A DNA stretch of 64,000 nucleotides, taken from Patescibacteria group bacterium (GTDB taxonomy: Bacteria > Patescibacteriota > Patescibacteriia > UM-FILTER-42-10). The stretch spans positions 10,341 to 74,340 of the forward strand of contig JBAYGW010000004.1 of NCBI GenBank assembly GCA_041666485.1. Direction: 5' to 3'. Positions 59,383 through 64,000 of this stretch are shown in pieces; the stretch's first letter is position 1; the number at the start of each line of letters is the position of its first letter. A model generated the notes under the pieces. It was not told the DNA's origin and made no database searches. It was given only the letters and a program-made list of their open reading frames with translations. The translations under genes were made by a program, and so were the position numbers.

Positions 59383-60462
59383 ATGAATTTACTAATTACT
59401 GGAGGAGCGGGATTTATCGGCTCCAACTTCATCCACTACTGGCTGAAAAATCATCCGGAAGACCACATTGTGAATCTGGACAAATTAACGTACTGCGGAA
59501 ATCTGGAGAATTTAAAAAGCATTGAAACCAGCCCCAATTACAAATTTGTAAAAGGGGATGTTTGTGATTTGCGCCTTGTTACTGAAATACTGGTTGATAA
59601 TTCAATAGATACAATAATACATTTCGCCGCACAGTCTCATGTGGATAAATCAATCGCATTTATTTATGAAGAGAGTCGGAAAAGTATAAAAAGTATATCA
59701 GAGTTATTCGATAAATCTTTACCTGATGATTTTATTCTTAACAATGTCTGGGGAACGCACGTTCTTCTTGAGGCAGCCGTTAAGAATAACATTAAAAGGT
59801 TCCACCATATTTCAACCGATGAGGTTTTTGGCGCGCTGCCTTTGGAGGACAAATCAAAGTTCACCGAAAGCACTAAGTATGACCCCCGGAGTCCCTATTC
59901 CGCTTCTAAAGCCGCTTCTGATCATCTTGTAAACGCATATTACACGACCTACGGCCTTCCGGTGACAATTACCAACACTTCAAACAATTACGGTCCGTTA
60001 CAGTATCCGGAAAAGCTGTTGCCACTGGCTATTACTAACTTGATTGAAAATAAAAAAGTGCCGATCTATGGAGACGGCAAATATGTCCGTGACTGGCTCT
60101 ATGTGGAAGACCACTGCCGGGCGGTGGAACTAGTGCTGGAAAAAGCAAAAATCGGTGAAACATACCTGATCGGCGGACTGACTGAGGATGTAAACAATCT
60201 GGAGCTGATCAAAAAAGTATTATCAATCATGGGAAAATCGGATGATATGTTGGAATACGTAAAGGACAGACCGGGGCATGACCGTCGCTACGCTGTGGAT
60301 TGGACTAAAGCGAAGAATGATTTAGGCTATAAACCCTTATATGATTTAGATACTTATCTGGAAAAAACGATTGATTGGTATCAGAAAAATGAAGGTTGGT
60401 GGAAGCGCATCAAATCCGGCGATTATTTGAAATATTACAAAGCACAGTATGAGAAGCGATAA
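59383..60462 (+). CDS. rmlB: dTDP-glucose 4,6-dehydratase
   Basis: HFAAQSHVD, ISTDEV, YSASKA, NNYGP.QYPEK, RDWLYVEDH, DRPGHDRRY. Confidence 0.96.
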   Translation: MNLLITGGAGFIGSNFIHYWLKNHPEDHIVNLDKLTYCGNLENLKSIETSPNYKFVKGDVCDLRLVTEILVDNSIDTIIHFAAQSHVDKSIAFIYEESRKSIKSISELFDKSLPDDFILNNVWGTHVLLEAAVKNNIKRFHHISTDEVFGALPLEDKSKFTESTKYDPRSPYSASKAASDHLVNAYYTTYGLPVTITNTSNNYGPLQYPEKLLPLAITNLIENKKVPIYGDGKYVRDWLYVEDHCRAVELVLEKAKIGETYLIGGLTEDVNNLELIKKVLSIMGKSDDMLEYVKDRPGHDRRYAVDWTKAKNDLGYKPLYDLDTYLEKTIDWYQKNEGWWKRIKSGDYLKYYKAQYEKR

Positions 60463-61282
60463 ATTAGTTTTAATTCTGGGAGCGAAGGGAATGCTCGGAT
60501 CCGAGCTTTCTCTTGTTTTTGCCGACCTGAAACCGATCTGTTGGGATATTGATGATCTGGATATTACCAAAGAGGAGATTGTGCAAAAAAGAATCAGGGA
60601 AATGTCGCCATCCGTTATTATTAATGCTTCGGCCTACACGAATGTGGATGGTGCGGAAGATAATGAAGAATTGGCCAACCGAATCAACGGAACAGCCGTC
60701 GGGCATTTGGCGAAAACCGCGGAACTGATCGGAGCGAAACTGATCCATTATTCTACCGATTATGTGTTTAATGGCAAAAATAAATACGGCTATAAAGAAT
60801 CCGACAAACCGGATCCGGTCAATGCGTACGGACGATCTAAACTTCTTGGAGAAAACGCAATTTTGAATGAGTGTAAAAGTTTTTATATAATCCGTACATC
60901 CTGGCTTTATGGTAGGGGTGGAAAGAATTTTGTTGATACAATGATCAAGCTAGGTAAAGAGCATAATGAAGTAAAGGTAGTAAATGATCAGTTCGGCAAA
61001 CCGACCTATACTTTTGATTTGGCTAAGCAGACCAGAAAACTAATTGAGGAAGAAAGGCCATATGGAATTTATCATGTTACCAACGAAAAACAGGCTAGCT
61101 GGTTTGAATTTGCGGAAAAAATATTTAAACTTTCCGGAATAAAAACGTCAGTCCTACCTGTTAATTCCGACGAATTCCTGCGACCTGCCAAAAGACCGAA
61201 TTATTCTTCTTTAATTAACACAAAAATTAAACCTCTCAGGAGCTGGGAAAGCGCGCTGGCAGAATATCTGTCCGTAAAATAA
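60449..61282 (+). CDS. rmlD: dTDP-4-dehydrorhamnose reductase
   Basis: GAKGMLG, AYTNVDGAE, STDYVF, YGRSKLLGE, DQFGKPT. Confidence 0.95.
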   Translation: MRSDKLVLILGAKGMLGSELSLVFADLKPICWDIDDLDITKEEIVQKRIREMSPSVIINASAYTNVDGAEDNEELANRINGTAVGHLAKTAELIGAKLIHYSTDYVFNGKNKYGYKESDKPDPVNAYGRSKLLGENAILNECKSFYIIRTSWLYGRGGKNFVDTMIKLGKEHNEVKVVNDQFGKPTYTFDLAKQTRKLIEEERPYGIYHVTNEKQASWFEFAEKIFKLSGIKTSVLPVNSDEFLRPAKRPNYSSLINTKIKPLRSWESALAEYLSVK

Positions 61283-61283
61283 C

Positions 61284-62621
61284 TTATTGTAGTTGTTTTT
61301 GGAATAAGTTCTGAGAAGAGTCATAATAAAACATGACTCTTGTATTTGTATTAACGCCGAATGGTGTTGAGTCAGTCTGTGCCAAATTCAGCATATTCCG
61401 CTTGCCACGCCCGTCCAGCTCTACTGCCTTAATATATCCTTCCTGACTGTAAATTATCCATTGACCATCGGGAGACCAGACGGCATATTTTATTTTACCA
61501 CTGGATCTGATCAGCAGGTCCTGCTGTTTCAGCTCAGGATTGTATACCCAAATTTCAAAATCATTATATAGTAATAAATTATTAATATCCGGCGACCAAC
61601 TAAAACCGATTACATCCGGGTTGAGTTTGTCCAACGTAATTGAAAATTGGTTTTGGATTTTTATTAATGATAATTCCTTATTTATTAAATCATGAACGGT
61701 TATGTAGTCCTGAACCGAATGAGACAAACGGTATTGATCATTGCTTGAAAATGTTGATATTTCTTCGGCACTTTTAAAATTTACTGCGTTTGATTTATAT
61801 AGTACGGGATAATTCTCCTTATCTTGTATGTAATAAACTGATTCGTTGATTGTCAGCGCGTCCTGAATCCGACCCGCAATTAAAAGTTGGATTGAATTTT
61901 CTGTAAGATTAAGCTGGCTCAACCCATTTTCTGTGACTGCGTACAATACGGAGTCCGAACCACTCTCAATAAGGTTTAATACCGGAAAATCGGTAATATC
62001 TTTTAGTAGGATATCATACTGCCCTGATAGTGAGAGCACTCTGGTAATGTAATTTGTTTTAATGTCTTTTAAGAAAATAAACCGTTCACCTTCTGAAAAT
62101 ACCGGTTGCTGATCACGGCCTATTGTACTGATGGACAAAACGGTGCGCAAAGTATTTTGTTGTTTAACAATCAATGCTGGATTAACGCCATCCGGATTTG
62201 TGATATAGGCAAAATAAGAGTTGGCTGTTGAAAAAACGAGATCCGTAACTTTTTCTTCAGTAACCAATGTTGGACCGTCTGTTTTCAGCAAACTGACTCT
62301 TTCAGTCGTGGTTGCTTGATTGGCAAAAACTGGCAGAATTTTTTCCCATGGAAAATACCCCTGTTTTTCTATTAAAACGGAATATTCACCGGGAAACAGA
62401 TTTTTTACAACTTTGGGGGTTTTTGCCCCGGTAGCTTCGCCATTAATTTCTATTTGTGCATTGCGCGGATCGGAATCAACTGCCAAAACACCTGTCTTAA
62501 TTACTTTATATTCATTGAAATCATAACGAAATCCGGTTGCATATAATATCAGCAATGGAGCTACGATTATAAACACAAAAACCAGGCTTAATGCGTATAT
62601 TCTGCGGTATTTCTTCTTCAT
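61284..62621 (-). CDS. PEGA-domain membrane-anchored protein with beta-propeller
   Basis: TM, KTGVLAVDSDPRNAQIEING...PGEYSVLIEKQGY; WSPD repeats. Confidence 0.88.
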   Translation of the reverse strand: MKKKYRRIYALSLVFVFIIVAPLLILYATGFRYDFNEYKVIKTGVLAVDSDPRNAQIEINGEATGAKTPKVVKNLFPGEYSVLIEKQGYFPWEKILPVFANQATTTERVSLLKTDGPTLVTEEKVTDLVFSTANSYFAYITNPDGVNPALIVKQQNTLRTVLSISTIGRDQQPVFSEGERFIFLKDIKTNYITRVLSLSGQYDILLKDITDFPVLNLIESGSDSVLYAVTENGLSQLNLTENSIQLLIAGRIQDALTINESVYYIQDKENYPVLYKSNAVNFKSAEEISTFSSNDQYRLSHSVQDYITVHDLINKELSLIKIQNQFSITLDKLNPDVIGFSWSPDINNLLLYNDFEIWVYNPELKQQDLLIRSSGKIKYAVWSPDGQWIIYSQEGYIKAVELDGRGKRNMLNLAQTDSTPFGVNTNTRVMFYYDSSQNLFQKQLQ

Positions 62622-62705
62622 TTTGACCAGAATGAAATTAGTAGGTAATATACATCATGTAGGATATCTTATTTTACCATATTTTGAAATTATAGGAATT
62701 TTTTT

Positions 62706-63968
62706 ATGGAGAAATTTATTATCAATGGTGGCAATCAACTTTCTGGTGAGATTGAAGTTGGTGGAGCAAAAAATGCCGTACTTAAAATACTGCCGGCAGC
62801 TTTACTATCCAGTGAAACTATTACAATCCGTAATTTTCCACTGATTGAAGATATTCACAGAGCCTCTGATTTACTGAAAGATCTGGGTGCTACGGTTGAT
62901 CTGAATGGCAGAAATTGCACGGTAAGCATACCGGAAATAAAGAAAAACACTCTAGAGCCTGTATTTGTCAATAAGTTCCGTGCGTCTATTATGTTTGTCG
63001 GGCCAATGCTGGCCAGAACCGGGGAAGTTCGGTTTCCGCACCCGGGCGGTTGCGTAATCGGCGCGGGTAAAAGACCGATAGATTTGTTCCTTGAGGGTTT
63101 CAGAGCATTGGGGGCTGAAGTACAGGAAAAAGATGATATGTATGTCATAAAAGCAAAAAAACTTAAAGGTTGTAATTATTTCTTTACAACGGTAAGCGTC
63201 ACTGGAACAGAGGGTATGATTTTAACCGCAGTTTTGGCGGAGGGCGTCACGACACTGAAGAATTGTGCAATGGAGCCGGAAATTGTGGCGTTAAGTGAAT
63301 ATTTGAATCAAAATGGAGCGAAGATTAAAGGGGCTGGTTCACCGACTATTACGATTGAGGGTGTCCGGGAATTATCCGCAGGAGAGTATACAATAATTCC
63401 CGACCGAATTGAGACGGGAACTTTTGCGATTCTGGCGGCGGCAGCTAAATCGGAACTGATGATCACCAAATGTAATCCGGATCATATTGAATCATTGCTG
63501 AGTGTACTTACTAAAACCGGCGTATCATTTGAAAAGGGTAATGATTGGCTCAAAATCAAAGCGGCTAAAAAAATAAATCCGTACGACATAAAAACACATG
63601 AATATCCCGGGTTTCCGACGGACTTGCAGTCACCATACACTGTGCTGATGACTCAAGCGTCCGGCAGATCAACAATCCATGAGGTGATTTATGATCGGCG
63701 CCTGTTATTTACCGATATGCTTGTGCAGATGGGGGCTGATATTATTATGTGCGATCCGCACCGCGTAGTAATCAGCGGTCCGACAAAACTGTATGGTAGG
63801 AAGCTGACCAGTCCGGATTTACGCGCCGGTATTGCGATTGTGATAGCAGCGGCGATTGCTGAGGGTAAAACTGAAATTGATAATATTTATCAGATTGACC
63901 GGGGTTACGAAAAAATTGAAGACCGGCTGAAAGATATTGGCGTAAATATTAAGAGAACAAACGAATAA
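62706..63968 (+). CDS. murA: UDP-N-acetylglucosamine 1-carboxyvinyltransferase
   Basis: GAKNA, PGGCVIG, PDRIETGT, YPGFPTDLQ, DLRAG, IDRGYE. Confidence 0.97.
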   Translation: MEKFIINGGNQLSGEIEVGGAKNAVLKILPAALLSSETITIRNFPLIEDIHRASDLLKDLGATVDLNGRNCTVSIPEIKKNTLEPVFVNKFRASIMFVGPMLARTGEVRFPHPGGCVIGAGKRPIDLFLEGFRALGAEVQEKDDMYVIKAKKLKGCNYFFTTVSVTGTEGMILTAVLAEGVTTLKNCAMEPEIVALSEYLNQNGAKIKGAGSPTITIEGVRELSAGEYTIIPDRIETGTFAILAAAAKSELMITKCNPDHIESLLSVLTKTGVSFEKGNDWLKIKAAKKINPYDIKTHEYPGFPTDLQSPYTVLMTQASGRSTIHEVIYDRRLLFTDMLVQMGADIIMCDPHRVVISGPTKLYGRKLTSPDLRAGIAIVIAAAIAEGKTEIDNIYQIDRGYEKIEDRLKDIGVNIKRTNE

Positions 63969-64000
63969 TGGAAAATAAGATTCATAAACATTCACACCTG

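Noticed and set aside
63968-64000. Start of next CDS (MENKIHKHSHL) overlapping murA stop
   Set aside because: Too short to identify

Overview
Bacterial chromosomal window, most consistent with a Patescibacteria/CPR (Parcubacteria/ABY1-like) genome. This is inferred from gene content and style, not from a marker gene; TGA is used as a stop codon. No rRNA, tRNA, CRISPR array or transposase was found. Three zones: (1) 1-16.5 kb is an accessory mosaic. AT-rich, SD-less single genes (YwbE, PD-(D/E)XK nuclease, PIF1 helicase, peptidase E, TipAS, NUDIX, YgjP-like, HEPN-like) are separated by several families of REP-like palindromes and heptamer arrays, some split around gene cassettes. Interleaved are GC-richer orphan genes with their own TTGACA-type promoters, strong Shine-Dalgarno sites and terminators, including an operon for an apparent 8-stranded outer-membrane beta-barrel/OmpA-like protein and a multi-Ig lipoprotein. 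(2) 16.6-23.2 kb holds an ECF sigma/anti-sigma/target module with twin promoters, CorA, a TolB-like protein and an apparently inactive HtrA. (3) 23.2-61.3 kb is a ~38 kb surface-glycan locus (GT2/GT4/GT-C, two flippases, UDP-GlcA/xylose and dTDP-rhamnose pathways, three methyltransferases) that embeds metK, adenosine kinase, ahcY, a glycerol-phosphate/CDP-alcohol module and kbl. It is followed by a PEGA protein and murA.
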